A DNA stretch of 63,973 nt, counting the filler, from Reclinomonas americana ATCC 50394 (Eukaryota): assembly GCA_048213135.1 (NCBI GenBank). It is 18 parts of 18 records of this genome, joined end to end, with 100 filler letters (N's around TTAATTAATTAA, not from the genome) between each part and the next. Parts side by side here need not be neighbours in the genome. Positions count along the whole stretch, not along the records: positions 29,511 to 32,629 come from AFZH01018883.1; positions 32,730 to 35,326 come from AFZH01018884.1; positions 35,427 to 37,391 come from AFZH01018885.1; positions 37,492 to 38,839 come from AFZH01018886.1; positions 38,940 to 44,219 come from AFZH01018887.1; positions 44,320 to 50,750 come from AFZH01018888.1; 12 more parts are not named here. The stretch is one strand, 5' to 3'. A model generated the notes under the pieces. It searched no databases, was not told where the DNA came from, and was given only the letters and a program-made list of their open reading frames with translations. Below, piece after piece: positions 32,501-45,142 of the stretch; within the stretch, counting starts at the first letter, position 1; the number at the start of each line of letters is the position of its first letter. Both the position numbers and the translations under genes were made by a program.

Positions 32501-35500
32501 GTTGAGCTGCTCATGAGTGCCAAACTCCAGCAGCACACTCAGCGTTCCGCGATACACCTACAACACACAAACACAGTGTCAGCGCCCAGAATATTGCCAG
32601 CGTGCCTCATCCGTCGCAAATAAAAAAAANNNNNNNNNNNNNNNNNNNNNNNNNNNNNNNNNNNNNNNNNNNNTTAATTAATTAANNNNNNNNNNNNNNN
32701 NNNNNNNNNNNNNNNNNNNNNNNNNNNNNAACCACTTCCTCGTCGACGCTCTCCAACTCAACATTGGCAGTGTCGAACATGCGGGCCACGCAAGTAGCTC
32801 CGTAAAGCGCCGAAAGCGAGCGGTACAGCTCAAACACGGGGCCTGTGAGCGGGAAATGAGGGCGGTGGTCTTCAACATCGGCTGGTGAGCCTGCACACGT
32901 CCACGTGCACGTACCGAGCAGGGCACGACCGCGCGCATGCACCTTTGTCAGCAGCTTCAGCTTCTTCGGGCCGCTGTCTTGATCGGAGGCCGCATTGGCG
33001 CCAGCGGGCATGACTGCGACCGCTGATGCGATTTCGGCCTCGAAACGCGTCTGCACAGCACAGAAGTCAGTGGTCACGACGATGGGAGGGGGGGTGGGTG
33101 GGTGGGTGGGTCGATGCAGCACCTCAATGTCGTTCCATGGCAGCGTAGTGAGCGCCACCGCGCCCTCCTCGCCTGACTTGTCTTCAAACAGGTCCAATTC
33201 GGCCGCCGGCTCCACTGCACGTGCAGGCACCAGGGAAGACAATGAGAAAAGTGGTGCTGATTTCTCCAATCCGGCATGGAGCGCTCACCAGCGGCAGCGT
33301 CCACAGACCCAGTCGACGTGGTACGCAAAACGTGGAGAAGCACCTGCAAGCGGTCCTCCAACGCCGGCAGACTGACCACCGCAACTTTGCCGTGTCGCAC
33401 GTAGCTGAGAACGGCGAGCAGATACTCTGCATCCAAACTGTTAGCCTTCTATTGTGCGCGGAGACAGTGAGGGATCGACGCGACAAGAAAAAAACCTCGC
33501 TTGGCCAGTTGCTTCACGACACTGGGTGACAACGTGCTGGCGGACAGGGCCCGCATGGCCGTGTACATGAGCGCACCCAAGATACGCGTCTTGGTGAACA
33601 GCTCCGTGTGTTGGAGGTACAGCTGAATGAGCCGTTGCACGAACGGAAGGAAGTTGGGCAGCGAGTCGAACACGCTAAGAACCACAGGACGCTACACAGC
33701 GAGGAGATTGAGCAAAGCGGAAACCTGCAAAGGATTGTAACGGCAAAGGCTCCGCAAACCTCCTCTTGCACTCGCACATTGTCCCACGAGGCCTTCTCCT
33801 GACTCAGAGTCGAATGCATAAACACGTTCATGCTGTCGCTGACAATCTCGTCAATCATGTGAGCTCCGCTGCCGTTCACGGAGATGAGAGCACGCGTGCG
33901 CGACATGGGCGTGCTACCGCCTGCAGACACAGTTGTAAGCACTTGCACATATGCCACGCACAGCGCAGCGGCAAGCTTCAAATCACGCACCGAGGAAACT
34001 CAATAGTCCCAGAGCAGTCTCCAGCTGTGCCGCGTGCGCGCTGCTCGTGATCGCCAGGTCCTCTGCTCCACTGGCCACAGCGCTCTCCACAAGGCGCAGC
34101 GTCTATTGTTTACCGAGATACGAGTCAGCGTGGGACAATGTGATGAGTGGTTCTGAGACTTGCACACACGACTCACCTCGTCGAGGGTGACGCCAATGTA
34201 TTCACACGCAGGAATGCGCCAGTATTTGCGTTGCAACATTCCTGTTGATGGAACGACGTTCAGATCGCCGCGCACATGCGCCAACACGCACCAGATGCAC
34301 ACAAACACACAGACCGCGCAAGATGCGCAATGAGTCCTGCGCCATGTCCATGATCTCCGTCGGCATTGACGAGCCGCACAGATCCAATGCACACAACGGG
34401 TGGCCGCGACCGATGAGTCGGACAAAGTGCTCCATGACACGATGCACGGGATCGATGAAGGCAGACCCAGAACCAGGGACAGGCGAGTCGGAGCTGACTT
34501 GGAGAGCGCTCAACACGTGCGCCGCTGCGAATGACAGTGATGAGCACGAGTGAGCAAGGCAACAAATGCCAAAAAACAATCAACACAAACGTACCTTGCG
34601 ACTTCGGCAACCACGCCTGCAACAGGCCAATGATTTCACTGCGCAGGAAGCCCGTCTGGAGGATGTGGAACAGCACCGACAGCCGCTCCTCGTTGCTCAT
34701 CAGCCACTGCGTGCCAGTCGGCGTGGGTGCAGGTGACGCCAACTCGCCGGCGTCGGGAGCCACGCCGGGGTGTGCACTGCGCTCGATGCAGCAATGCAAC
34801 AACGACACAATGTGCTCCATCTGCGCGTCGCAATTGTGGTGTATCAAGTGAGCAACTTGTACAAACAAACAGGCGAGCAATCCACAGAGCAGGGCACTGC
34901 ACCTCCAGATTAAGAGACTCCTTGACGTTGGGCGGACACTCGCCTTCGCCAATCATCGCCAACAGCTCGCAAGCGCGAGAAAGCTGGCCAAACAGGATGT
35001 TGATGAGGCTGTCCAGGAAGGCTGTGGCAGATGGTGGAAGAGTTCGGGTTGAGTAAGTACACAGGCGCCATCAGTGTTTCGGGACAGCACAACGAACCAA
35101 GTGCATGTGCATCGTGCAGCATCGTGTCAGAGCTCAAGTGCTCCATGCACGACAGAATCAGCTCGAAGAGAACGAGCGACGCGCGTCGCGACAAGAAGCT
35201 GCCGTCGGCTGTCTCTGACGCCAGTCCGGCACGCAGCGCATCGTCCACGGTGCGAATGCCGCCCGTCACATCGGTAATCTGCGAGTGCATGCACTGCGAA
35301 TGAGACACTCGACGCGATACTGCCCCNNNNNNNNNNNNNNNNNNNNNNNNNNNNNNNNNNNNNNNNNNNNTTAATTAATTAANNNNNNNNNNNNNNNNNN
35401 NNNNNNNNNNNNNNNNNNNNNNNNNNGCATCTGGCTGCGGGAGCTGGTGCCGGTGGCCTGCGGCAACACACAGAAACAGAAAAGAGGAGACGTGTCAGTG

Positions 35501-38500
35501 GCGACGGCGGCTGAAGGAAGGTGCGCATGTCATGCACGTGAGAGACCTTCAGTCCACGAATGGCACGCTGCAGCTTGAGGAATTCGCCACTCCCAAAGCC
35601 ACCGGCGGCAAGGCCTGGCGTGACGGGGGTGAGCGGGCTCATGGCTTCCACCACGTTGATCTGGCACGGCTTTGTCTCCAACAGCAGTTCAATGCGCGGT
35701 CGGATTGGCGCGCACACAGCTTCCAGCAGTGCGTCACTAAGCGCGCGCACATACACACAAAACACACAAATCAGCAGCGCAAAAAAAGAATCAGAACAAA
35801 TCCGGACGGACGCAACGCTGACAGCTCGTTGCCGAGAGGGTGTGCGCCCTTTTGCTGATTGAGGAACACTCGCAGCTTGTGAGCACGGTTGGCGAGAGCG
35901 GTGACGTCGGCCACTGCGCCGGCGTCCAGCGTCGACAACGCAAACGTGCTTCCAGATGACGTGGCCGCAAAGTGTTCCTCGGCCGTGTGGACGGCATGGC
36001 AGTGCTTGAGGAAGACAGCAAAGAGGCCGCGAACCAGCATGTTCACTGTGTCCCTCAACGACGTCAGCACAGCGACACCAAACAGCGCAGATGAGAGGCG
36101 TCAGTAACGCACCATTCTCCTTGTTCTTCATCTGCTTCGCGTCGACATTCTTCGACGACAGCGTCGAGTCGAACCATGCCACCACCTCCGCATCACCCTG
36201 GTACAGTCGGCGCAGGAACTCGTCTTGCGGTCCGAGACTCTGCGTGCAGCGGTGGTGGTGCATGTTACGCACGAAGCACGAGAGCCGAGAACAAGCCATT
36301 TCTTATTCTCCTTACCTGTCGGCCGTTCTTAAAGACAAGCGAATGGAGCCACGGCGTGAGAAGGCTCGCCGCAGGCGGCAAATGACGCGTGCCGAATGCA
36401 CGAGCCGTGAGCTGCAACAAAAAAATGCACGAGAGGGTTAGCGCGTGTGTGCACTCGACGCACTGCTACAAGCATCGCAGTTCACCTTGCACACAGTCGC
36501 ACACAAAAACTGACTGATGGAGCTGAAGAAGCGCTCGTACACGGGCGTGACTTTCATCCTGCACTCGCACACCGTCAGATACGAAAACAAGGGCAAATAG
36601 AAAACTGCCGCCAGCGCACGCAACTCAAAGCCCCAAGACGGCTCGCCCTCGCCCGAGGTGTGGAAGTGGACGTACAATTCGTGACCGGCGACATGGAAGG
36701 GCTTGTCGGGGAACCGTGTGAGGCAAATGTCACCGACTTCGCACTGGTGCTTCATGTCGCGACCAGGCTTGGTGAACAAGCGCAGCACGTGATCACTGTT
36801 ACGGGGGCAAATATTAGCAAGGTGACCGAAAGGCAAGCACGGCGGCATACAACTCACCTGCGCGCAGTGCTGCAATTCGGGGAGAACGCCACCACGAGTG
36901 CCAGTGCACCCGGGAAGCTGGCATGCCACTCGGCGTCCGTGTTCAACGCATAACTGTGTCGGCGACACACCACCACATGAGACTTGTCACCAACGAGATC
37001 AGGGCATGAAAAATGACGCAGGACACAACTTGTGCTCGCTCGCATATGTCGTCGGCTCAGCGGGGGCGGCCGGGGCGAGCAGCAAGGAGAACTTGTGGAA
37101 GAGCTCACACATGTCGGCCAGAGTGCCCATCATGCCGCCAAAGTCACCGCGATTCTCCGCAGTCAGGAAGTGCACCGCGCAAAGGACTGGTGGCAGCGCC
37201 TCGACGATGAACGAATCGTGAATCAGATCGACGAACTCAATGGCTCGTCCCTGGCACATGCGATCAGTCACAGACACGCGCGCGCAGCGAAGCAGTGACA
37301 CATACCCCCAGCTCGCGGATGCAGTGCCGCACGGCGTCATTGACGGCCTCAATCATGGTGTGCAAGAAGCGCGAGAAATGCGGGGTCAGCTNNNNNNNNN
37401 NNNNNNNNNNNNNNNNNNNNNNNNNNNNNNNNNNNTTAATTAATTAANNNNNNNNNNNNNNNNNNNNNNNNNNNNNNNNNNNNNNNNNNNNCGCCGAAAA
37501 TCGACAACATGAGAGAGAGAAGCGCCTGTGAAGAGCAGCGGGAGTCGGCGCCAACCTCAGAGATGATCGACAGCGCCACTTGCTTCAACTCCATCATGCA
37601 CACATCCCACTGTTCCACAACGCGGCAGTTGCGCAGACCAGCAGGCGGCTGCTTCACTTCGCCAAAGTCGAGCAGCGAGTCCACGTAGCTCTCTGTTTCA
37701 CATTCGCCAGCACGTGAGTTTGCGGTCTGTGTGGGGGAAAAGTCGCCGGTGACAACTGTCTGCCTACGCAACGGCGGTGTCGGTCGTCGATGCGGAACTG
37801 CGTGGAGGCGGCCAACATGGCGGGCACCGAGCCGAACGACTCGACGTTGACCACCGCTCGGAAACCAAACGCTTCTCCTCCGCCGTTGCTGGAACTCTTC
37901 AAGTGGAACATGACACTCTTGCCGCTGACCTTGATGCCCTCCAGTGACCGCTGCGCAAAGTCCTGAGCTGTAAACTTGAACGACTCCACGCTGAAGTCGA
38001 CGCCAGTCAACAGCAGCAGCTCGTCGCTGCGGAGAACGCCATGAGACAGAAGTGAGGATGAAGACAGAGGACCATAGCGCCATACCCTTCACACAGCCGT
38101 GATTCGGGGCTGAAGGAGACCGTGAGGCCGGTGGCACCCTCCACTTCGACCTTCTTCTTGAGCGAGCCACCGCGAGTGTATGGGTGTGCCGTTTGCACAA
38201 TCTTCTCAATGGTGCGGAAGTTCTGATGCACACAGTTCTTGTCCAGGAAACGAATGTGCGTGCGCAGCAATTGCACCACAGCGTGCGCGCAAAAGACAAT
38301 GGCCTCCACCTCCGGTTCGCTCACATCCGCCCTGCTCACCCATCGTAAGACACACAAATACGCACACACTCCAACAAGGAGAGACTGCACACCGATCGCC
38401 GAGAGCATTGAGACGCTGTCGGAAGAGTTCGAGGATCCTGAAGAGCGAGTCGAACGTCTGCGGCGTCATCTCGATCGAATACGGACGATACAGCTCGCCG

Positions 38501-38839
38501 TCAACAGGATAGCAGTCAAACTTGAGCAAGTGCTCAATGGCCTCGGCCTGCGATCATGCGACCGGGGGTTATTACGCGGCACAGTGGTCACATGTATAAC
38601 ACACCCAGACAGCAGCACACACACCAGCATGAGCGCGCCGAGCTTCCAGCCGGCGAGCGCTGGTCCAGTGCAAAGTGCGTCAAGCAGAACCATCGGCTGG
38701 AAACAATCGATGCGCAAAATGCGCGCCAGACGCTGTCGAATCTGCGGCTGCGACGTGCTCTGTCGCAGACGCTCCACATATGCGTCACACACAAACTCGG
38801 CCTCCGGTTGCTGCGTGAAGAGGACGTACACGAGGTCGA
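29525..38839 (-). CDS. Giant HECT E3 ubiquitin ligase (HERC/HECTD-like) with CUB-like domains; spans three internal gaps, 5' end missing
   Basis: FKVEFQGEGAEDAGGPYRE, FRFLGKLMGLAMRT, IRVTAENCMEW, FLRFVSGMARLP and catalytic LPTAATCFFSITLPRYS, with TGA at 29525. Upstream VQTAHPY...VEGATGLTVSF and LYVHFHTSGEGEPSWGF CUB-like segments. Confidence 0.9.
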
Positions 38840-38939
38840 NNNNNNNNNNNNNNNNNNNNNNNNNNNNNNNNNNNNNNNNNNNNTTAATTAATTAANNNNN
38901 NNNNNNNNNNNNNNNNNNNNNNNNNNNNNNNNNNNNNNN

Positions 38940-40734
38940 TTCTGTGTGATGGCGTACACGAGTGCGTTCCAGAATCTGTTGTTGTGAAGTGATGTTGGTG
39001 CGAGAGCAAAGAGAGAGAGAGAAGGAGAAGAAGTGAGTGACGAACCCAGAACTCGGCTCCAGCACCGCTTGGAAATAGAAGAGCCACCTGTGTAAATAAG
39101 CGATGAGCCATGCGCTGATAAAAATGGCGGCGACGCCGGGAGGACGCAACTCAATGCCATGATGGTCGTCATTGATGGCCTCGTAGATGCGATTCTGCAC
39201 ACAAGTCGTCAGCACCAACAACGCTGCGGCCAGGAAGAACACACATCGAAGCAACGCATTGCGCAACGGTGAGACCCGGTAGCCAGATAAACACAAAGAC
39301 CACCGTCTGTCACGATGAAGAGCCACGTGAGTTGAGCTTCACGAGGCGAGAAGGATACAGTGTGGCCATGCGCAACGTAAAAGATCATTCGCTTCGCCAC
39401 CTTGCCCTGGTACTGCTTGTGGGAGGTGTACGTATTGATTGACTTGGCCAACTGCCGTCGGTAACTTGACAGACCACTGTTGCAATCACCATGACATGAG
39501 CACGATTCCCGCGCAGCGCGCAGCGAAACACGACAGAAGGGGGCCAGCGCACCGAGCAATGAGAACCAAGAAGATAAGATTGATGATAAACGTCTGCGCC
39601 ACAACAGAAGCATGCAATGAGGAAGGCAGGCAGGCGCGCACACACGCGCGCGCGCGGAGACATCACCACGCAACTCCGAACAGGAAGCCATATCCGAACG
39701 CCCATCGAAACACATTCCGCGGCCCAATGATCCAGCACCCGTTGCCCACCGGCCCAAAGTCATTGTCAGCCTGCACACCGTGTATCAGAAAGAACGGCGA
39801 ACGGCGGAGAGCGAGAGGCGCAGAGAGAGAGAGAGAGAGAGAAGACGCAAATACGCACCAACAGTGTGATGGTCATGATCACAGGAATTCTGTGGCATGA
39901 GTGTGCATGTGTGAGAGAGAGGGAGAGGGAGAGTGAGAAGCAGACTGCATTGCCGAGGATGAGCGAGCGGGGTGATGCGACGAACCCCCAGGCGATGATG
40001 TGATAGGCGACCTCCATTTTGAAGAACTTGCCCGTCTTCTTGTAGACCACCGTGGCCCTGCACACACTGTGGAGTGAGCGACAGACAGAGACACACACCC
40101 AGTGTGTCTTCTCTCTTTGCACACACCAGATGGTGACGTTGAGGGCGACCTGCCAGATGAGCGAGCTGAATCCGCCGAGCTGGATGAGACTCGCCTGGAA
40201 CTTGCACAGAGGCGTGCTCACTTGCAGCGTCTCCGGTAATGACAGACCAAGCATCCAACCAACCGCTGGAGAAGCAGAGGCGCGTGAAACGATCAGTGAG
40301 AGAGAGAGAGTGCAAGAGACAGACAACGAACCATCGACCAAGTCAGCGATCGCCAGCATCAGCACAAGCCGACTGGCGTGATATCTGCGCGCAGAAGAAA
40401 GCATCAGCAATCAATAGTGTCACTCTTTGAGAGAGAGAGAGAGGGAGGTGCACCGTAGTCGTCGCATGAGCACATAGGAAACAATAATGAGCACTGATCC
40501 ACCGATGCCTGTTCGCGAAGAGTGAGTGTGTGTGCGCGTAGGTTTGTGTGGCAGCAGTGTGCATTGCGCGCACCAAAACCCGCACTGGCACCGGCCACAG
40601 TCACCACTGTGGAGTGCAGGCTCGACATTGAGAGAGAATAGCACACAGTGTGTCCTGTCAGGCAAGAAGGACGCGAACACTTGACAGACGAGCATGAGCG
40701 CTGCTGCTTCCTCTGCGCCCGTGCTGCAAACCAT
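38940..40734 (-). CDS. cAMP-receptor-like (CAR/GCR1-type) 7TM GPCR; 3' truncated
   Basis: GIGGSVLIIVSYVLMRRLR, SRLVLMLAIADL, LCKFQASLIQLGGFSSLIW, EVAYHIIAWGIP, FGPVGNGCWI, KVAKRMIFY and NRFWNALVY. Confidence 0.85.
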
Positions 40735-40871
40735 CGACGAGAGCGAGGTGACGCAGGTGGAGATCCGCCCACAGGTGGTCCGCCTGCTCACAGCCGCCAA
40801 GGACAAGTTTCGGAAGAGAGAGGGCGACATTGTCAGTCCACACGCGCTCACTCTTGCACGCGCTCAGTGAC

Positions 40872-42510
40872 ATGGCGACTCTGGTGGAGCTGCTGGGCGA
40901 CGACGTGAGTGCCGAGTCGCGGAGTGCGCTGATTGATGAGGGAGATGGGCGAGGACGCACTGCGTTGCACTTTGCGGCGCACATGGATCACGTGGAGGTG
41001 TTGCGCTTCTTGTTGCAGCGTGGCGCGGATATCGATAAGCAGGATCATGTTGAGTCGAAGTGGCGACAGAGCAGAGAGAGAGACACTCACATTGAGAGAG
41101 AAGAGACTCATTGTGTGTGATGATGTCGATGATGCAGCTGGGGCACTCGGCGATTGTGGTTGCGGCGATCTGTGAGAGCGAGGCAGCGCTGCGGTTCTTG
41201 GTGGAGCAAGGCGCCGACCTGAACTTGGTCTCCAAGGTCGACCCGTGTGGCCTGCTGCATCACGCTGGTCTGTGCGACGGGAGTGGGGCGATGGCAAGGG
41301 CATGCAGTCACTGATATCTCTCTCTCCTTCGTTCAGCGATGCACATGGGTGTTGATGTGGTCGACTTTCTGCTGCGTTCCGGTGCGCGTATGACCGACGT
41401 GGGTCGCGTACAGCAGGATAATGGGAGCCCGCTGTTCAAGTTTGCCAGCGACGGCGATGTGGAGACGATGCGCAAGCTGCTGGAGGCCGGTGCGAATGTC
41501 AATGTCACGGACTCGAATGGTCTCAGACCATTCCATGCGGCCATTGGTGCGGTTGTTGTCTTCAGTCTCTAGTAGCGTGCCTGCTTGCTTGCTCGCCTTA
41601 CAGTCGGATGCAGTCACCGGTCAGCTGGACATGGCGCGCTTCCTGCTGGAGGCCGGTGCAAATGTGGAACACCGAGTGCGTGGCGGCGGCACCGCGATGC
41701 ATTTGGCCGCCGGCACCGGCAACGTCGAGGCGCTGCAGTGGCTGGCCACGCTCGAGGCGGCTCCGAGGCTATTTGGATTCGACAATGACCTGGAGACGCC
41801 GCTGGATGTGGCGCGGGCCACCAGTCACTCGTTGCGTCCGTACTCCCCGAGATACTCTCATGTGTTCACATATCTCAATGTCTGCGCACAGGGCGTGCGA
41901 GCGTGCTCTCCTCGAGTGCACGATTCGTGGTGAGACAGGCGCGGCGATCGAGTCTCGCTGGCGAACGGTGCGCATCTTGTCGTGCGAGCGAGATAGCAGA
42001 GAGATTGCTGAGCAGCGTGATGCAGGCAAATGACATGAAGCTGCGTGCCAACAACCTCGTCAAGGAGGGCAAGTACGAGCAGGCGCTGGCCATTTACGAG
42101 GAAGCCACGCAACTGGCGCCGGAGAACTTTGTTGCGTGCCACATGACGCAGTGTGACGATTGGGTTCTCGCTCGCTCACGTTTTTTTCTGTGTCATGCTG
42201 CGCAGTCCCTGTACGGCAACCGCTCGCTCTGCCACTTCAACATGAAGCGCTATCCGCGTGCCATTGAGGAGGCCGACGAGAGTCTGCGCATCAACCCGTG
42301 GTGGCCCAAGGTCGGCATGCATTCATTTCGCGGCTCGTCTCTCACTTCCATTAACATGTGTGTGCGCAGGGCTACATTCGCAAGGCCGCGCCGCTGATTG
42401 TACTCAAAAAGTACGACGCCGCTGCCGACGTGTATCGCATCGGGCGTCTGTTCAACCCCGACGATGACGATCTCATCGAGGCGGTGAAGCAGCTGGCCAG
42501 ATACACATGA
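40872..42510 (+). CDS. Ankyrin-repeat plus TPR protein
   Basis: GRTALHFAAHMDHVEVLRFLLQRGADID, GANVNVTDSNGLRPFHAA, and TPR ANNLVKEGKYEQALAIYEEA...SLYGNRS...NPWWPKGYIRKA. TGA at 42510. Confidence 0.9.
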
Positions 42511-42578
42511 GCTGGCGCAGAGGAGAGGTGCGGGTGTGTGCAAGGGGGTGCAGCAAATGAACTAGACCACGTATTCAT

Positions 42579-43338
42579 TTATGATTCCGGCGGTGGTGGT
42601 GCGTCAATGGAGCGGGGTCGAGGCCGCGCTGCAGCAGCGCCGCGCTGACCCGACTGGTACTGAGAGAGGAATCTCTCGAGCTCGCTGTTGGAGATCACGT
42701 CGGCGCCACCGCTCATCTGCTCCGTGTGCATTGTTCGCGACGGGTCGTTGGCCATGAACGCCGACAGACCTGCTGCCGACGAGGCCGGCAGCGCAGGCAT
42801 TGGTGGAGGTGTCGACAATGGGGATGGAACAGGCATTCGGCTCTCCGCAAACAAAGCAGGTGATGGTGGTGGTGAAGGTGTAACAGATGAGGGTGGTGGT
42901 GGAGATGGTTGTGAGGGTGGCGACGCCGTGGAGCTTGTGGCGCCTCCGCCAATGAACGAATCCAGGTGCACACTGCGATGAAGCTCGTGTCGAATCGAGT
43001 GGAGATCATCCACGCGACGGCGAATGTCGGCTTGCAGCTGCACAGGAGAGTCAGCAACAACAACAACAGAGCACAGAGAGGGCAGAGAGAGAGGATGGAC
43101 CTCGTCGAGTCGGTTGTCGCGAGAGAACTGGTTGAAGGCGACGCGGCCGACGCGCAGGAAACGCACTGCCGAGCCCGCCATCACTCCCACTTGGCGTGCA
43201 ATGCGAGGCAGATCGCGTGGGCCTGTGACTGCACCATCAACACAAATCAACTTTGTGCTCTTGTGCGTGACACGCACCAGCAATGACGGCACCGGCGCCC
43301 ACAATGACCAGCAGCTGGCCAATGCCAATGTCAAACAT
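42579..43338 (-). CDS. tatB: Twin-arginine translocase subunit TatB, mitochondrial type, nuclear-encoded with 2 introns
   Basis: Exons 43338-43278, 43222-43101 and 43037-42579 give MFDIGIGQLLVIVGAGAVIAGPRDLPRIARQVGVMAGSAVRFLRVGRVAFNQFSRDNRLDELQADIRRRVDDLHSIRHEL, matching bacterial TatB (MFDIG...GP..LP) and plant mitochondrial TatB (GPKDLP.IAR..G...G.A). Confidence 0.85.
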
Positions 43339-43418
43339 CCGCTCACCAAGCAACAAGACAGGACGACGGGATTGATGCATGCGCTTATACATTTTGTGTT
43401 TCTTAATGCCTGCTGCTG

Positions 43419-44219
43419 TTATTGCATGTCGCCGTAGATGAAGCTGCGGAACATCTCCAGGGCAACCACAGGTTGGCTGCATGCAATCACCAACGTGAGT
43501 ACATCGCGCGACGTGAAGTGGATATCGAAAAACACAAACAAACGAAACTCCATCGGGACCATGTGGCCCGCGTTGAAGACGACCAAGAAGCGCAGGTTGT
43601 CGGCACGCTTCATGAAACCCTTGGTCTCACCGTCGACCTTCCACGGATTGCGACGAGCTCGCCTAAAGTCCTCCTGGTACTCCCACTCCATCGATCGCAG
43701 CCAGCTGTCGGTGCCGGCAAAGTTGCAGATGAAGTCGTCGGCACCGTTGTAGAACAGGACCGGCAGCTCGCGCAGGATCTGGGTGACCTCCTTCACCTGT
43801 GATGACCACCAGTCCTTGTAGAACTGACGGTGGACGCGCAGGTTGCAGGGCTTCCAGCGCGGCGCGTTGTCGTCCACGTGCAGTGCCTCGCGCACGGCCG
43901 GAATGGACAGGTAGCGTGAGACCGGCTGTGAAAAAAAACAAGGGTTTGAGAGAGAGAGCGAAACGCAAGATCACGGCCGAGCTGTCCATCGTACCGTAAA
44001 GTCGTAGCACAGTGAATTGTTGGGCGGGCACTGCTTGGTGACGTCGTAGACGTTGAGTGAGCCGTGCGAGCGCTTAATGCGGCCAATGATGCCGTTGCAG
44101 GCCTGGTTCTCCTCCTTGGGTTCGCCAGCGGCAATGGCTCGCTTGCAGCGTGGCCACTGCTTCTGGGTGAGGAACTCGTACAGGTTGTGGTCGATCAGGC
44201 CGTGGTAGTAGCTGTGCAG
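43419..44219 (-). CDS. Serine carboxypeptidase (peptidase S10), 3' part
   Basis: NVYDV, LPVLFYNGADDFICNFAGT and FLVVFNAGHMVPMDQP, with the catalytic Asp and His present. TAA at 43419. Confidence 0.95.
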
Positions 44220-44349
44220 NNNNNNNNNNNNNNNNNNNNNNNNNNNNNNNNNNNNNNNNNNNNTTAATTAATTAANNNNNNNNNNNNNNNNNNNNNNNNN
44301 NNNNNNNNNNNNNNNNNNNACTCACACTCGCCTGCATCTACGCACAACA

Positions 44350-44734
44350 GCGGTGGCAGTGGAGTTCATCGCCGCGCAGTACCCGTTCTATGACACGGCG
44401 AGCGCACGGCATCCGCACGAGAAGAAGGTGGTGGCGCAGCTGAAGGCCAACGACATTGACCTCACACCGCCGCAGCGATCCAAGCTGATTGGCCTGCTCG
44501 GCTCGCGTTACAATGCACGCACGGATACCATTACGATTACGGCGACAGAGTGCGACTCGGTCGCCGAGAATCAGCAGCGTTGGTGCGGAGTTGTCGTTTT
44601 TTTGGCTGTTGGCTGCTGATGCTGTTCTCCGTTTCTCACTCGTGCACGTGCACACGCACAGTGAGGATCTGTTGCGCGCATTGGTGGATGAAGCACGTCA
44701 CCCTGAACTGGGCGGCAGCATACGGGACGAATGA
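44350..44734 (+). CDS. MRPS35: Mitochondrial ribosomal protein mS35 (Rsm24), 3' part
   Basis: HPHEKKVVAQLKANDIDLTPPQRSKLIGLLGSRYNARTDTITIT.ECDSVAENQQR matches the mS35 KVVL...KLIKL.G.RY...TD.L.I..D......N pattern. Confidence 0.85.
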
Positions 44735-44889
44735 CACGACGACTGATGACGATTGTTGTTATGTTTCTCAACTTGCTTCTCCTCTCCTCCGTGGTATCTC
44801 TTTCTATGTTTTTTCCTTCTTGTAAACTTGCGCGCCTAGACTTAACACACATGCGTACGTACGGTCAGTCGCTCTTGTCTGTTTCGCGT

Positions 44890-45092
44890 TTATTGTGGTG
44901 GCTGTGGGTATCCGTAGCCCGGTGCAGGGGGATACCCGTAGGCGCCGGTGTAGTATTGAGGGGCTGCGGCGACTGGTACCTGTGCGGGAGCCCCAGCGGG
45001 TAGCTGTTGCTGTGGCGGTTGTGGTGGTGGCTGCTGCTGCGGCGGCACCTGCTGCTGGTGTTGGTAGTGTTGTTGATGTTGCTGCTGCTGCT

Positions 45093-45142
<50 letters not shown>

